Assembly: GCA_033764315.1 (NCBI GenBank)
Contig: JANRJA010000023.1
Coordinates: forward strand, 1-64,000
Source: Oculatellaceae cyanobacterium bins.114
GTDB lineage: Bacteria; Cyanobacteriota; Cyanobacteriia; Elainellales; Elainellaceae
Reading direction: 5' to 3'
Length of the DNA stretch: 64,000 nucleotides
The position numbers and the translations under genes are program-made. The notes under the pieces were generated by a model. That model saw only the letters and a list, made by a program, of their open reading frames with translations, did no database searches and was not told where the DNA came from. Position 1 is the first letter of the stretch. Each line of letters starts with the position of its first letter. Shown piece after piece: positions 49,839-60,005 of this stretch.

Positions 49839-50276
49839 AGGTTTGCCAACCGCTCGTATTCAAAACTGTCCAGATTACAGATTGACCAAAGGAATAATAC
49901 AAATCAAGAGGATGTTTTAGCTCAGTATTTTCCTGAGTCTTTGACGAATTCCTTGTTTTTACATCAAATCCAGCTCAAGCTAGGTTAAAACAACATAAGA
50001 AATCTCAGAGCCTTTTGCTCAGGTAGACCTACTAAAGGCAATCTGCCCAAATAGGCAGGCTGAACAAAATCAGTCAAGGGACTGGGTCTACTAATGTGGC
50101 TCTGTAATTTTTAAGGTGCATTCATGTTTAGCAAAACCAGAATTGTTGGCTGTTTTTATAAAATGCTGGCGATCGCAATGATTCATTCAAATCCTGGATG
50201 AGTTGTATCGCGACAAAACAATTCTTGCTATGATATCCGCGTGTTATTGGTGTGGTGTGGTGTTTGAGGAGCTAAA

Positions 50277-51818
50277 ATGCTGAATTCTGTCGATTTCAGC
50301 GGGAGACCGTTCCATTTCATTGGTATAGGTGGCATTGGTATGTCGGCTCTCGCGTATGTTTTGGCAAAACGTAATTTGCCGGTATCTGGATCGGACATTT
50401 CCCTCAGTCATATTACACAGCGTTTGCAAGAACAAGGCGCGCATATCTTTTGGAGCCAGGATGCAACTAACCTGGACTTTTTTCAACGGTCGGCTCTGAC
50501 GAATGGAGACGTAGCGCGACCTGGCTCAAATGGCACGGTTGCGGTAAAAACAACCAGTGAATCCTTGAAGCTACGAGAACACACTTTGGATCAGGCAACT
50601 GTGTTGCTCTTGCCTCAGGTTATTTGTTCTACGGCGATTAATGCGGCTAACCCTGAATATCGTGCCGCGCTCGATTTGGGCTGCCCCATCTTTCATCGCT
50701 CAGATTTGTTAGCGGCCCTCATTCAAAACTATTACAGTATTGCGGTTGCAGGAACCCACGGAAAAACCACCACCAGTAGCATGATTGGTTACCTGCTGCT
50801 CAAGGCCGGCCTTGACCCAACCATCGTTGTGGGTGGTGAGGTCAACGCTTGGCAGGGTAACGCTCGTCTGGGTGAAGGTCCCTATCTGGTTGCAGAAGCC
50901 GATGAATCAGATGGGTCATTAGTTAAGTTTGCGGCTGAGGTAGGGATCATCACAAATATTGAGTTAGATCACCCAGACCACTACACCACTTTGGATCAGG
51001 TGATTGAGACCTTTACAACCTTTGCCCAAAACTGTCGCACCCTGATCGGCTGTATTGACTGTGAAACCGTCCGTCAACGCTTTAAGCCGACCATCAGTTA
51101 TAGCCTCCATCTAGAATCTCAAGCGGATTACACAGTGGATGACGTTGTCTATGGAGCAGAAGGAACCACTGCCCAAGTCTGGGAGCGGGGTAAGCCGCTC
51201 GGACGGTTGCATCTAAAGTTGTTGGGTCAGCACAATTTGAGCAATGCGTTAGCGGCGATCGCTGTTGGACGGCTACTGAACCTCAGCTTTCATGCGATCG
51301 CTCCAATTCTCACCACCTTTGAGGGTGCCCGTCGGCGATTTGAGCACCGGGGTGAAGCCAACAACATCTTATTTATTGATGATTATGCTCACCACCCCAG
51401 TGAAATTCAGGCAACCTTAGCAGCGGCTCGCCTTCATGCAGCCTCTAATCAAGCCTCACGGCGAGTGGTGGCGGTGTTTCAGCCCCACCGTTATAGTCGG
51501 ACTAAGACCTTCTTAAATGAGTTTGCTCAGGCATTTGGGAATGCTGATTTGGTGGTGACAACCGACATTTACAGTGCTGGAGAACCAGATTTAGGATTGG
51601 TGAGTGGCCCTCAATTGGCAGAGGCGATCGCCACCTACCACCCACAAGTGATCTATCAACCAACTCTGCTCACAATCACAGACTATCTCAAGCAAGCCTT
51701 GCAACCGGGAGACTTGGTGATGTTTTTAGGGGCAGGCAATCTCAACCGCACTATTCCCGATTTAATTGCTCACTATCAGCAGATTGAGCAAGCCTCTGCA
51801 TCAACTCACTGCAAATAA
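50277..51818 (+). CDS. murC: UDP-N-acetylmuramate-L-alanine ligase
   Basis: [41 protein letters not shown]. Confidence 0.97.
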   Translation: MLNSVDFSGRPFHFIGIGGIGMSALAYVLAKRNLPVSGSDISLSHITQRLQEQGAHIFWSQDATNLDFFQRSALTNGDVARPGSNGTVAVKTTSESLKLREHTLDQATVLLLPQVICSTAINAANPEYRAALDLGCPIFHRSDLLAALIQNYYSIAVAGTHGKTTTSSMIGYLLLKAGLDPTIVVGGEVNAWQGNARLGEGPYLVAEADESDGSLVKFAAEVGIITNIELDHPDHYTTLDQVIETFTTFAQNCRTLIGCIDCETVRQRFKPTISYSLHLESQADYTVDDVVYGAEGTTAQVWERGKPLGRLHLKLLGQHNLSNALAAIAVGRLLNLSFHAIAPILTTFEGARRRFEHRGEANNILFIDDYAHHPSEIQATLAAARLHAASNQASRRVVAVFQPHRYSRTKTFLNEFAQAFGNADLVVTTDIYSAGEPDLGLVSGPQLAEAIATYHPQVIYQPTLLTITDYLKQALQPGDLVMFLGAGNLNRTIPDLIAHYQQIEQASASTHCK

Positions 51819-51828
51819 TCCGCTATTC

Positions 51829-52809
51829 ATGAGCACCTCCCTACGGTTTAATAGTACTCATCTGACTGATTCCCCGGTGGTTTCAGGACAGCGTTTGCCC
51901 GAACCGATTCGATTGCCTAACACTAATTGCTTGATTAAACCCCAAATCACGCTAGCCCCCTTAACCTCATTTCGAGTGGGGGGTATTGCAGAGTGGTTTG
52001 TAGCACCTCGCACGCTCAACGATTTGCAAATGAGTGTAGCGTGGGCACAAACGCAGGGCTTGGCAATCACTGTGCTAGGGGCAGGCAGCAACTTATTGAT
52101 TAGCGATCGCGGCTTACCAGGACTAGTCATCGGCACCCGACACTTGCGTTATAGCCACTTTGACCCCACAACCGCTCAAATCACAGCTGCCGCTGGAGAA
52201 CCCATTGTGCGATTGGCATGGCAAGCCGCTGAGCGAGGATGGAGCGGTTTAGAATGGGCAGTTGGTATTCCTGGTACCGTTGGGGGTGCCGTTGTGATGA
52301 ATGCCGGGGCTCATGATGGTTGTGCAGCCGATGTGTTGTTGAGCACTCAGGTATTAACCCCACTGGGTGAGGTGCAGATCTTGTCTCAGGCTGACTTGGG
52401 CTATCAATATCGCACCTCAGTTTTGCAGCGCGATCGCCGTCTGGTGCTTGAGGCGACCTTTCAGTTGAAGCCAGGGCTAGATCCACAACAGGTCAACAGC
52501 ACCACAAAAACTTATTTAGAGCGACGTCACACCACTCAACCCTACCATTTGCCCAGTTGTGGCAGTGTCTTTCGCAACCCCAACCCCTACAAAGCAGGTC
52601 AATTGATTGAGCAGGCAGGGCTAAAAGGGTACCAAATTGGCGGGGCACAGGTGTCAGAGATGCATGCCAACTTCATTGTGAATGTTGGTGGGGCGACTGC
52701 GAGTGATATCTTCCAACTGATTCGCTATGTGCAAGCGCAGATCTGGGAGCGATGGGCAATCGATCTGGAGCCAGAGGTGAAGATGTTGGGTGAGTTTGTG
52801 GATGATTAA
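51829..52809 (+). CDS. murB: UDP-N-acetylenolpyruvoylglucosamine reductase
   Basis: [45 protein letters not shown]. Confidence 0.96.
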   Translation: MSTSLRFNSTHLTDSPVVSGQRLPEPIRLPNTNCLIKPQITLAPLTSFRVGGIAEWFVAPRTLNDLQMSVAWAQTQGLAITVLGAGSNLLISDRGLPGLVIGTRHLRYSHFDPTTAQITAAAGEPIVRLAWQAAERGWSGLEWAVGIPGTVGGAVVMNAGAHDGCAADVLLSTQVLTPLGEVQILSQADLGYQYRTSVLQRDRRLVLEATFQLKPGLDPQQVNSTTKTYLERRHTTQPYHLPSCGSVFRNPNPYKAGQLIEQAGLKGYQIGGAQVSEMHANFIVNVGGATASDIFQLIRYVQAQIWERWAIDLEPEVKMLGEFVDD

Positions 52810-52940
52810 CGGGGTTCACGGAAGAATCGCAAAGCATCCCATAATCACCTTTGTCAAAACGTTTTGCAAAACACCCCTATCCCCTCGTGCTTAGAAATTT
52901 GGATGACCCAGGGTGCTAGTTCACGACCCCTGGAAAAGCA

Positions 52941-52976
52941 TGCTATATTGGTTTTAGTTAAATAGTTATTTAACTA
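52941..52976 (+). promoter_or_regulatory. Extended -10 followed by a perfect 10-2-10 operator palindrome upstream of thioredoxin
   Basis: TGcTATATT at 52941-52949, then TAGTTAAATA-gt-TATTTAACTA at 52955-52976. Confidence 0.6.
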
Positions 52977-53118
52977 CTTGACTCTGGTTAAGCCAGAAAT
53001 GTCACCTTGCAAAGAAAACTCGCGATCGCCCATCCCCTCATTCTGAGCGATCGCCATTGTTGCTCTTGATTGTTGATCTTGACTCATTTGCAAACATTGC
53101 AGCCCAAGGAGCTTGTTT

Positions 53119-53484
53119 ATGTCTAATTTGACAGTACCCCTGACCCTTACAGAGGCTAATTTTGCCACAACAGTGTTAGCTAATCCGACGCTCACTTTGG
53201 TTGATTTTTGGGCACCTTGGTGTGGGCCTTGCCGCATGGTTAGCCCTATTATTCAAGAGCTAGCCACTGATTTTGCTGAACAAGTGACTGTCGCCAAACT
53301 CAACACTGACAACTATCCTCAATTGGCAACTCAATACAATATTCAAGCTATTCCCACGTTGCTGTTTTTCCAAAATGGGCACGTTGTGGATCAGGTAGTT
53401 GGCGTAGCGTCTAAAAAGACGCTTGCTGCAAAAATCAATGCTTTGCTCACTCAGGAAAACCTAACTTCTCATCAAGCCGCTTAA
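53119..53484 (+). CDS. trxA: Thioredoxin
   Basis: VDFWAPWCGPC, AIPTLLFF; AAGGAG RBS. Confidence 0.93.
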   Translation: MSNLTVPLTLTEANFATTVLANPTLTLVDFWAPWCGPCRMVSPIIQELATDFAEQVTVAKLNTDNYPQLATQYNIQAIPTLLFFQNGHVVDQVVGVASKKTLAAKINALLTQENLTSHQAA

Positions 53485-53490
53485 TTGGAT

Positions 53491-53554
53491 GTAGGTTGGG
53501 TTGAGCATGAAACGCAATGTCCATATGGGTTGCGCGATCGCCAACCCATCCTAC
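53491..53554. repeat. GTAG-type REP-like inverted repeat
   Basis: GTAGGTTGGGTTG ... CAACCCATCCTAC. Confidence 0.65.
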
Positions 53555-53662
53555 AAATAATGGTGCCTAATTCCTGAACGGCACTTTCCGTGAACTCAGA
53601 GAGATTGGGAGAGGTGCGGTTTATCGTGTGACTCTGCCGCTAGAATACACATCACACCTGGG

Positions 53663-54988
53663 TTAAGGTTCGATCAAGACGTAGAGAAATACTTCTAATT
53701 GAGTCAATAATTGGGTGACATCTTGCAAAGCTGTGTCCCATAAAGTTGGTTCTAATGTAATCGGATGAACAGGTCTAATGTTTAACCACCGATTGACTAA
53801 CGTACTCACCGATTGAGCACCTTCCCACAGGGGTAATAAACAGGCCGCCAAACTATCGTTGATCACAACTGAACCAACCGCAGGCATTGAGAGATGTTGA
53901 CTGACATCAAAAGTTGTTTGATGAGCAATACAATCTTCTAAACACGCTTTGATGTGGGGTGAATTCAATTGTGGATGAAGAGTGACGATCGCCTCTTTCC
54001 ATGTTGTTTCTTGCCACTGAGCTACTGGCAAAATCGATGGAATATCTTCTGGATGACCACACCAAAAATCGAGCAATCGATGAATCGGCTGCAATAATTC
54101 AAACAAATGTAATCGGTCTTGAATACTGATTTCAGGGAAGCTCATCTCCCAAAAAATGGGCAAGTTTTCTGGCTCTTTAAACAGATCCATCAACTCCCAA
54201 TGCCGCCAATTTACCATGCTGATAAACTCTAAATCGGCTTGCTCTAAGGCATGAAACATATCGGGAATAGTGTATCCAGTATCGCCCTGAAATAAATAAT
54301 TCATCAGCAATGCCTGCCGACCCTCTGCTTCTTCATAAATCGGCGTCCAGGTGCGCGACTTGAGATTTACCTGATCTTTGAGTGCTTTCATCGTATCGAT
54401 CGCAATCTCCATTTCTAGCTCTTGTGGATTGTGATCAAATAGCCCCATTAATTGAAAGACTTTTTGAGCCCGATAGAGATCGGCTCGTTGCAGTGCGCTA
54501 TGCAAATTAGCGCGAATAATTCCTTTAGGTTTGAGCACACTGCTAAATATTTTTAGACCAATCGCTGGGTCTGGAAATAAGTAGAGAACCTCATCGCAAT
54601 TGATGTAATCAAATTGCAAATTTAATTGATAGACATCCTGAATTTTCATCACATGAAATTCAGCCCGATTAATGCCGTGATAACGCAACCGCTGTTCTGC
54701 TAATTGAATCGATTCTTCTGATAAATCGATGCCAATAATTCTGGCATTGGGGTTTGCTTCTGCGAGCACCAACGACTTATATCCTGTGCCACATCCTGCA
54801 TCTAAAATCACCACTTCTTGATCGGCAACAAGTTTTTGTTCCCGTAAATAAAAAGGAGTGATCCAATTATGGATAAACAGATCATTGAGATCCTCTTTGG
54901 GAGATTTTTCAAGAGGCACTCTAGGATAAGGACCGAAGTTAAATTGCTGACGAATTTTATCGAACAGCTCAGATGTCAGATTCTCCAT
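53663..54988 (-). CDS. Class I SAM-dependent methyltransferase (cyanobacterial family)
   Basis: ILDAGCGTG, GIDLSEESI, FDYINCDEVLY, LKPKGII. Confidence 0.9.
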   Translation of the reverse strand: MENLTSELFDKIRQQFNFGPYPRVPLEKSPKEDLNDLFIHNWITPFYLREQKLVADQEVVILDAGCGTGYKSLVLAEANPNARIIGIDLSEESIQLAEQRLRYHGINRAEFHVMKIQDVYQLNLQFDYINCDEVLYLFPDPAIGLKIFSSVLKPKGIIRANLHSALQRADLYRAQKVFQLMGLFDHNPQELEMEIAIDTMKALKDQVNLKSRTWTPIYEEAEGRQALLMNYLFQGDTGYTIPDMFHALEQADLEFISMVNWRHWELMDLFKEPENLPIFWEMSFPEISIQDRLHLFELLQPIHRLLDFWCGHPEDIPSILPVAQWQETTWKEAIVTLHPQLNSPHIKACLEDCIAHQTTFDVSQHLSMPAVGSVVINDSLAACLLPLWEGAQSVSTLVNRWLNIRPVHPITLEPTLWDTALQDVTQLLTQLEVFLYVLIEP

Positions 54989-55042
54989 ACCACTCAAAGG
55001 TTAAGAAATGTATCCTAGATGAGGACGCTAAGGGATTGGACA

Positions 55043-56575
55043 ATGGTGGCAGCTCCGCGAATTCTCATTTGGTATCGCAATGACTTGCGAATCCACGATC
55101 ACGAACCGCTGCATCGAGCTTTGCAGCATACGCCTCGTGCTTTAGACATTGTTCCGGTCTATTGTTTTGATCCTAGACAATTTGGCACAACATCCTATGG
55201 GTTTCCGAAAACGGGTGCATTTCGGGCTCAGTTTTTACGAGAGAGTGTGGCAGATTTGCGGCGATCGCTGCGATCGCTTGGCTCTGATCTCTTAATCCGG
55301 CAGGGGTTGCCAGAAGTAGTGTTACCCGAAATCGCTAAGACTTTGAGTATCACAACTGTGTATTGTCATCATGAGGTGACTTCTGAAGAGAGTGCAGTCG
55401 AGACGGCACTTCAGACGGCACTGGAGGCATTAGGCATCAGACTCCAACAGATGTGGGGTCATACGCTCTATCACCCGGATGATTTACCCTTTGATCTTGC
55501 CCATATTCCAGAGGTGTTCACCAATTTCCGGAAACAGGTAGAGAAAGAGTCTACTGTGACCCCTACTTTTTCCACGCCGGAACGGTTGCCTGCTTTCCCT
55601 GACCTTGAACCGGGTGAGCTGCCTGACCTGGCAGATTTGGGGCTAGAACCCCCCTGTTTTGACCCACGGGCGGTGATGCGCTTTGTAGGAGGGGAAACAA
55701 CGGGCTTGGCACGACTCAATGCTTATATTTGGGAGCGCGATCGCCTCCGCATCTATAAGGAGACTCGTAACGGCCTGTTGGGCGAAGATTATTCCTCTAA
55801 GTTTTCCCCCTGGTTGGCGTTGGGCTGTCTATCTCCTCGGTTTATTTACGAACAAGTCCAGAACTATGAACTTCAGCGGATTCGGAATGACTCAACGTAT
55901 TGGCTCATCTTTGAATTACTTTGGCGAGATTATTTTAGATTGATCTGTGCTAAGCATGGCGATCGCATTTTTCGCAAATCAGGGTTACAGGGTGTAGCGA
56001 TCGCCTGGAAAGAAGACTGGGATCGCTTTGCTGTATGGCAGGCAGGCATGACCGGATTTCCTCTGGTTGATGCTAATATGCGCGAACTGGCCGCTACTGG
56101 ATTTATGTCAAATCGCGGGCGGCAAAATGTCGCTAGTTTTCTAACCAAAAACCTGGGGATCAACTGGCAAATCGGCGCAGAATGGTTTGAGTCGCTCTTG
56201 ATCGACTATGACGTGTGTAGCAATTGGGGCAACTGGAACTACACCGCAGGAGTCGGTAATGATGCTCGTGGGTTTCGCTTCTTTAACATCTTGAAGCAAT
56301 CTAAAGACTACGACCCTCAAGGAGAGTATGTGAAACACTGGTTGCCCGAACTCGTAGATGTGCCTGCTAGTAAAGTCCATCAACCTTGGACACTGTTGCC
56401 CGTTGAACAGCAACGATTTGGAGTCAGACTGGGAGTAGACTACCCCAATCCTGTGGTGGATTTATTTAAGTCTGCTGAAGAGAATGAGAGAATCTATAAT
56501 GCTGCGTTTGCCCAACCTCTAACCCGCAGTTCCAGTGGGAAGAGGATGAAATCGAAGGGCAGAGCTAGAGTATGA
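55043..56575 (+). CDS. Cryptochrome DASH
   Basis: WYRNDLRIHD, YKETRNGL, SSKFSPWLALG, FELLWRDYF, GFMSNRGRQNVASFL, DYDVCSNWGNW. Confidence 0.95.
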   Translation: MVAAPRILIWYRNDLRIHDHEPLHRALQHTPRALDIVPVYCFDPRQFGTTSYGFPKTGAFRAQFLRESVADLRRSLRSLGSDLLIRQGLPEVVLPEIAKTLSITTVYCHHEVTSEESAVETALQTALEALGIRLQQMWGHTLYHPDDLPFDLAHIPEVFTNFRKQVEKESTVTPTFSTPERLPAFPDLEPGELPDLADLGLEPPCFDPRAVMRFVGGETTGLARLNAYIWERDRLRIYKETRNGLLGEDYSSKFSPWLALGCLSPRFIYEQVQNYELQRIRNDSTYWLIFELLWRDYFRLICAKHGDRIFRKSGLQGVAIAWKEDWDRFAVWQAGMTGFPLVDANMRELAATGFMSNRGRQNVASFLTKNLGINWQIGAEWFESLLIDYDVCSNWGNWNYTAGVGNDARGFRFFNILKQSKDYDPQGEYVKHWLPELVDVPASKVHQPWTLLPVEQQRFGVRLGVDYPNPVVDLFKSAEENERIYNAAFAQPLTRSSSGKRMKSKGRARV

Positions 56576-56624
56576 GGACGGTTCTCGTTGCCCCAACTCT
56601 CTCACAGCAGCCTTTGAAAGGATT

Positions 56625-57773
56625 TTGACTTTGCTAAACCTATCTGATCGCTCGATTAAAAAACTAGTTCAGTGGCTCATTATTGCTGTACTGTTTCCGT
56701 TGGTCTTTCTCGATGGCTGGCTGGCACTCAAGGGGTTGCAATACTTTCAACCGTTGATCACGGTTTTTGTGTTGGCCTCTTTGCTGGCATTGCTGCTGAA
56801 CTACCCTGTGCAGTTTCTGCAAAGAAGAGGGATTAAACGTGGTCAGGCCGTTGCGTTGATTTTGCTCGTTACGCTCTTGGTCGTGGTTATTTTAGGGATT
56901 ACTCTGATTCCCCTACTGTTAGAAGATTTGGGAGAGCTGGGGCAGCTTGTGCCTCAGTGGTTAGAGTCGGGCAACCAGCAATTGCAATTGTTTCAAGATT
57001 GGCTGGCCAGTCAAAACTTGCCTGTGCGTTTGGGGTTGGTGGTGAATCAGGTTGTCAATAGCCTACCGAATGAATTGCAAGAGCTGGCCGATCAAGTGGT
57101 GACGCTGACCTTAGAAACGGTGGGTGGGCTGTCAGAGCTGTTGTTAACCGTTGTTTTGACGTTTTATCTGCTGGCCGATGGCGATCGCCTGATCCAGGAA
57201 CTGTTTCGTCGCTTGCCAGAGCCATTGAGTAGCCGAGTGCGAGAGTCATTACGCCAAAACTTTCAAAACTATTTCATTGGTCAGGCTGCTTTAGGTTTGA
57301 TCGTGAGTGTGTTTATGACGATCGCCTTTGCAGTGTTGCAAATTCCCTATGCATTGTTGTTTGGGTTTGGCATTGGGGTCATGGCACTGATTCCTTTTGG
57401 GGATGTTGTGACCTGTGCCATTATTAGTGTGCTGTTAGGCTTCCAAGATTTTTGGTTGGGGATCAAGGTAATCACGATCGCCCTTGTGGTCGATCAAATT
57501 ATTGATCAGATCATTGCTCCACGATTATTAGGTCGCTTTACAGGGTTACGCCCCATCTGGGTGCTGGTGTCGCTGCTCATTGGGGCAAAAATTGGTGGTC
57601 TGCTGGGGTTGGTGATTGCTGTGCCCTTTGCCAGTTCTATTAAGAGTGCACTGGGCGGATTTGAGGTACCTGGCTTGAATCATTCTGATGAGCCGACTGC
57701 CGCAGACCCAACTGAAGCTTTCAGCGATCGCCCTAATTCAGATCAGGAACCGTTGGTTAAAGAGGTATCTTGA
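56625..57773 (+). CDS. AI-2E family transporter
   Basis: Multi-TM; LTFYLLADG, YFIGQ, IIAPRLLG...GLRP, GGLLGLVIAVP. Confidence 0.9.
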   Translation: MTLLNLSDRSIKKLVQWLIIAVLFPLVFLDGWLALKGLQYFQPLITVFVLASLLALLLNYPVQFLQRRGIKRGQAVALILLVTLLVVVILGITLIPLLLEDLGELGQLVPQWLESGNQQLQLFQDWLASQNLPVRLGLVVNQVVNSLPNELQELADQVVTLTLETVGGLSELLLTVVLTFYLLADGDRLIQELFRRLPEPLSSRVRESLRQNFQNYFIGQAALGLIVSVFMTIAFAVLQIPYALLFGFGIGVMALIPFGDVVTCAIISVLLGFQDFWLGIKVITIALVVDQIIDQIIAPRLLGRFTGLRPIWVLVSLLIGAKIGGLLGLVIAVPFASSIKSALGGFEVPGLNHSDEPTAADPTEAFSDRPNSDQEPLVKEVS

Positions 57774-57779
57774 CTGAGA

Positions 57780-58439
57780 TTATTCTTGTTCTTGAGGTTT
57801 GATAGGGTCAATCACAATTGCCTCAATCCCTTTGCCTCGACGCTCTAACCACAGTGGAATGGCGATCGCTGTCGCAATGATGAGCAAGGTGACTACCCCA
57901 AATTGAGCAACCCCTTGAATCAACACTTCTAGGGGCACAATTTGACCGACAAAATAAGACAGGCTCACCATCGCAGACGCCCATATCGCTGCGCCTGCCA
58001 GGTTCCACAAAAAGAATTTTGGGTAAGGCATTTTGGCAATGCCTGCCAAGGGACCCGCAAAAATTCGTAATAGAGCAACGAATCGCCCCAAAAACACCGC
58101 CTTTGCAGCATTTTGGCTAAATTGCTCTCTGACCTCAATGAGTTTCTCTTCACGAATTTTAAAGAGCTGACCGACTCGACTCAAGAGCGACCAACCGCCA
58201 TAAAAGCCAACCCAATAGCCAATGTTATCGCCAATGACGGCTCCTGCTGTTGCGCTACCTAAAACGAACCAGTAATTTAACTCATCGCTACCGGCTAAAA
58301 AACCACCCACCAACGTAATGGTTTCGCCGGGGATAGGCACTCCTGCATTTTCTAGCAAAATACCTACAAAGACGGCTCCATAGCCATAATGATGGGCTAG
58401 TTCCTGGAGTGTTTCCAGTGAGATCAGCTCAAGGGACAT
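57780..58439 (-). CDS. DedA family membrane protein
   Basis: LENAGVPIPGET, GDNIGYWVG, FLGRFVALLR. Confidence 0.93.
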   Translation of the reverse strand: MSLELISLETLQELAHHYGYGAVFVGILLENAGVPIPGETITLVGGFLAGSDELNYWFVLGSATAGAVIGDNIGYWVGFYGGWSLLSRVGQLFKIREEKLIEVREQFSQNAAKAVFLGRFVALLRIFAGPLAGIAKMPYPKFFLWNLAGAAIWASAMVSLSYFVGQIVPLEVLIQGVAQFGVVTLLIIATAIAIPLWLERRGKGIEAIVIDPIKPQEQE

Positions 58440-58630
58440 GCAAGGTAGCCTTCACAAACGTTAATACAACTCTCACTTTGATGATGACGCAGTTTCAGGA
58501 GTCATGTCAAATCAAAAGCGGTTGCCAAGCTCCAACCTATCGTAATTAGGAGTTGATTAAGACGGGATGCAGGAGTTCCACTTCCTTTAGCAAAACTGTC
58601 AAGACAGTTGCTATCGTTGCACATCGCGTC

Positions 58631-58647
58631 CTGATTGACTGACAAAA
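58631..58647 (+). mobile_element. Solo MITE terminal inverted repeat
   Basis: CTGATTGACTGACAAAA is the exact reverse complement of the MITE right end at 44983-44999. Confidence 0.55.
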
Positions 58648-58684
58648 ATGATCAAACCCTTAATATTCCGTCATTTTGCGTTTT

Positions 58685-59431
58685 CTATTCCTTACTGTTT
58701 GCGTCCTGCTCTTGCCAGATGCGATGGGGTACTGCACCTGGTATTGCCAGGTCTTGAAGGGGTTGCCCGCTAATGCAGTGCCAGTGGCAGGTAAAGAGAT
58801 TAGGAATTTGGACTCCAATACTGGCGATCGCTGGAGCCGCCGGAAAGGGAAAGAGGCGATCAAAGCAGATCTGATCCTCCTGAATGCTAAATTGCATGAG
58901 ATAAACGGATGGAGGAGCTTGGTGCGATCGCAAGAGTTGTCCTCCTAGCCGATAAAGCGGTTGTCGTAGGCGATCGCTAAGGTGCAGGGGTTGGTAGTAG
59001 GAAACCTCTATAGAGTCTGTCTGAACCGCAGACGTCTCTAACTCAGACCCAATGACCTCACCATATAACGGTCCCTTTGTGGTCAGAGCAATGGGCAACC
59101 ATAGATCGCCTTCACCAGTCAACCCCCCAAATTCACGCCTAACCCACAGGCGTAACCCTTGAACATCCTGGCAAATTTGATAAATGGCTTGTCCGGCAAA
59201 CTCTAATGCTTTTGGTATGTGAAGCGTCAATGGGCAAACAAGAGTATCTCTGCCTCTAGCAGAAAAACGCTGTGGTGAAGTCAGATAAACAACATAATCG
59301 CCTAAACCCAATGTCACATCAACGGCGATCGCCTGTTGCAAGGCATTCACCATCACTCCTTGCTCAACGGAACAAGGTACACAGCGACTACCCTGATGCT
59401 CAACATCAGCGAGGATGTAAACGTCAGTCAC
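58685..59431 (-). CDS. Conserved cyanobacterial hypothetical protein, possible degenerate ATP-grasp fold
   Basis: VCPLTL, KGPLYGEVIG, FDRLFPFP, CHW..ISGQPL; third gene of a coupled operon. Confidence 0.75.
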   Translation of the reverse strand: MTDVYILADVEHQGSRCVPCSVEQGVMVNALQQAIAVDVTLGLGDYVVYLTSPQRFSARGRDTLVCPLTLHIPKALEFAGQAIYQICQDVQGLRLWVRREFGGLTGEGDLWLPIALTTKGPLYGEVIGSELETSAVQTDSIEVSYYQPLHLSDRLRQPLYRLGGQLLRSHQAPPSVYLMQFSIQEDQICFDRLFPFPAAPAIASIGVQIPNLFTCHWHCISGQPLQDLAIPGAVPHRIWQEQDANSKE

Positions 59432-59441
59432 CTAAGCTGCC

Positions 59442-60005
59442 TTAAGCGTTGCCAAAGGTCGGAATTTGAGCACCAGTACCACCTTGAGAAAAAGAAGGCA
59501 GATCAACTTGAGTGGTGCGACGGTTACGGACTGCCAGACGATAGCTAACACTCTGCAACTCAGCATGAAGTTGACGATTTTCGCGTTGCAACCGAGCAAT
59601 TTTTTCTTTGATCGGTGCCATGCGCTCAGCAAACTTTTCACGGTAGATGTGAGGCAACTCTTGAACAACCTGCTCTAGCATGCGGGAGCGGTCAGTCAGT
59701 TCTTTGACCGATTGGCGCAATTGATAAACTTCAGTATCACGTGAAGCAATTTGTTCTTGATAAAACATAACTTGCTGCTCTACCCCTTGTAACTGCTCAC
59801 GCAGGGCACGCATCTCCGCCATGTGGCGTTCAGAAATTTCGGGAGCAGGCATAAAACCTGCATTCCCCTTAACTAGACGAAATAGCTCTTGGGATAGCTG
59901 CTGCACAAGTTGATCCCGCATTTGCAATTCATCTTGCAAGCGAGCCACCTCGACAGGTAAGTCAGAAGGGTTTAGGGATAAGGATTGGGTTACGCTCTGA
60001 GTCAC
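59442..60005 (-). CDS. Coiled-coil protein (Npun_F5560-like family)
   Basis: RDQLVQQLSQELFRLVKGN, LQRENRQLHAELQSVSYRLA; GTG start overlaps the upstream stop (GTGA). Confidence 0.8.
   Translation of the reverse strand: MTQSVTQSLSLNPSDLPVEVARLQDELQMRDQLVQQLSQELFRLVKGNAGFMPAPEISERHMAEMRALREQLQGVEQQVMFYQEQIASRDTEVYQLRQSVKELTDRSRMLEQVVQELPHIYREKFAERMAPIKEKIARLQRENRQLHAELQSVSYRLAVRNRRTTQVDLPSFSQGGTGAQIPTFGNA

Noticed and set aside
50480..50610. ~40-aa insertion in the MurC N-terminal domain as a possible intein or mobile insert
   Set aside because: No intein motifs or DNA palindrome; a variable linker here is, to my recollection, usual in cyanobacterial MurC.
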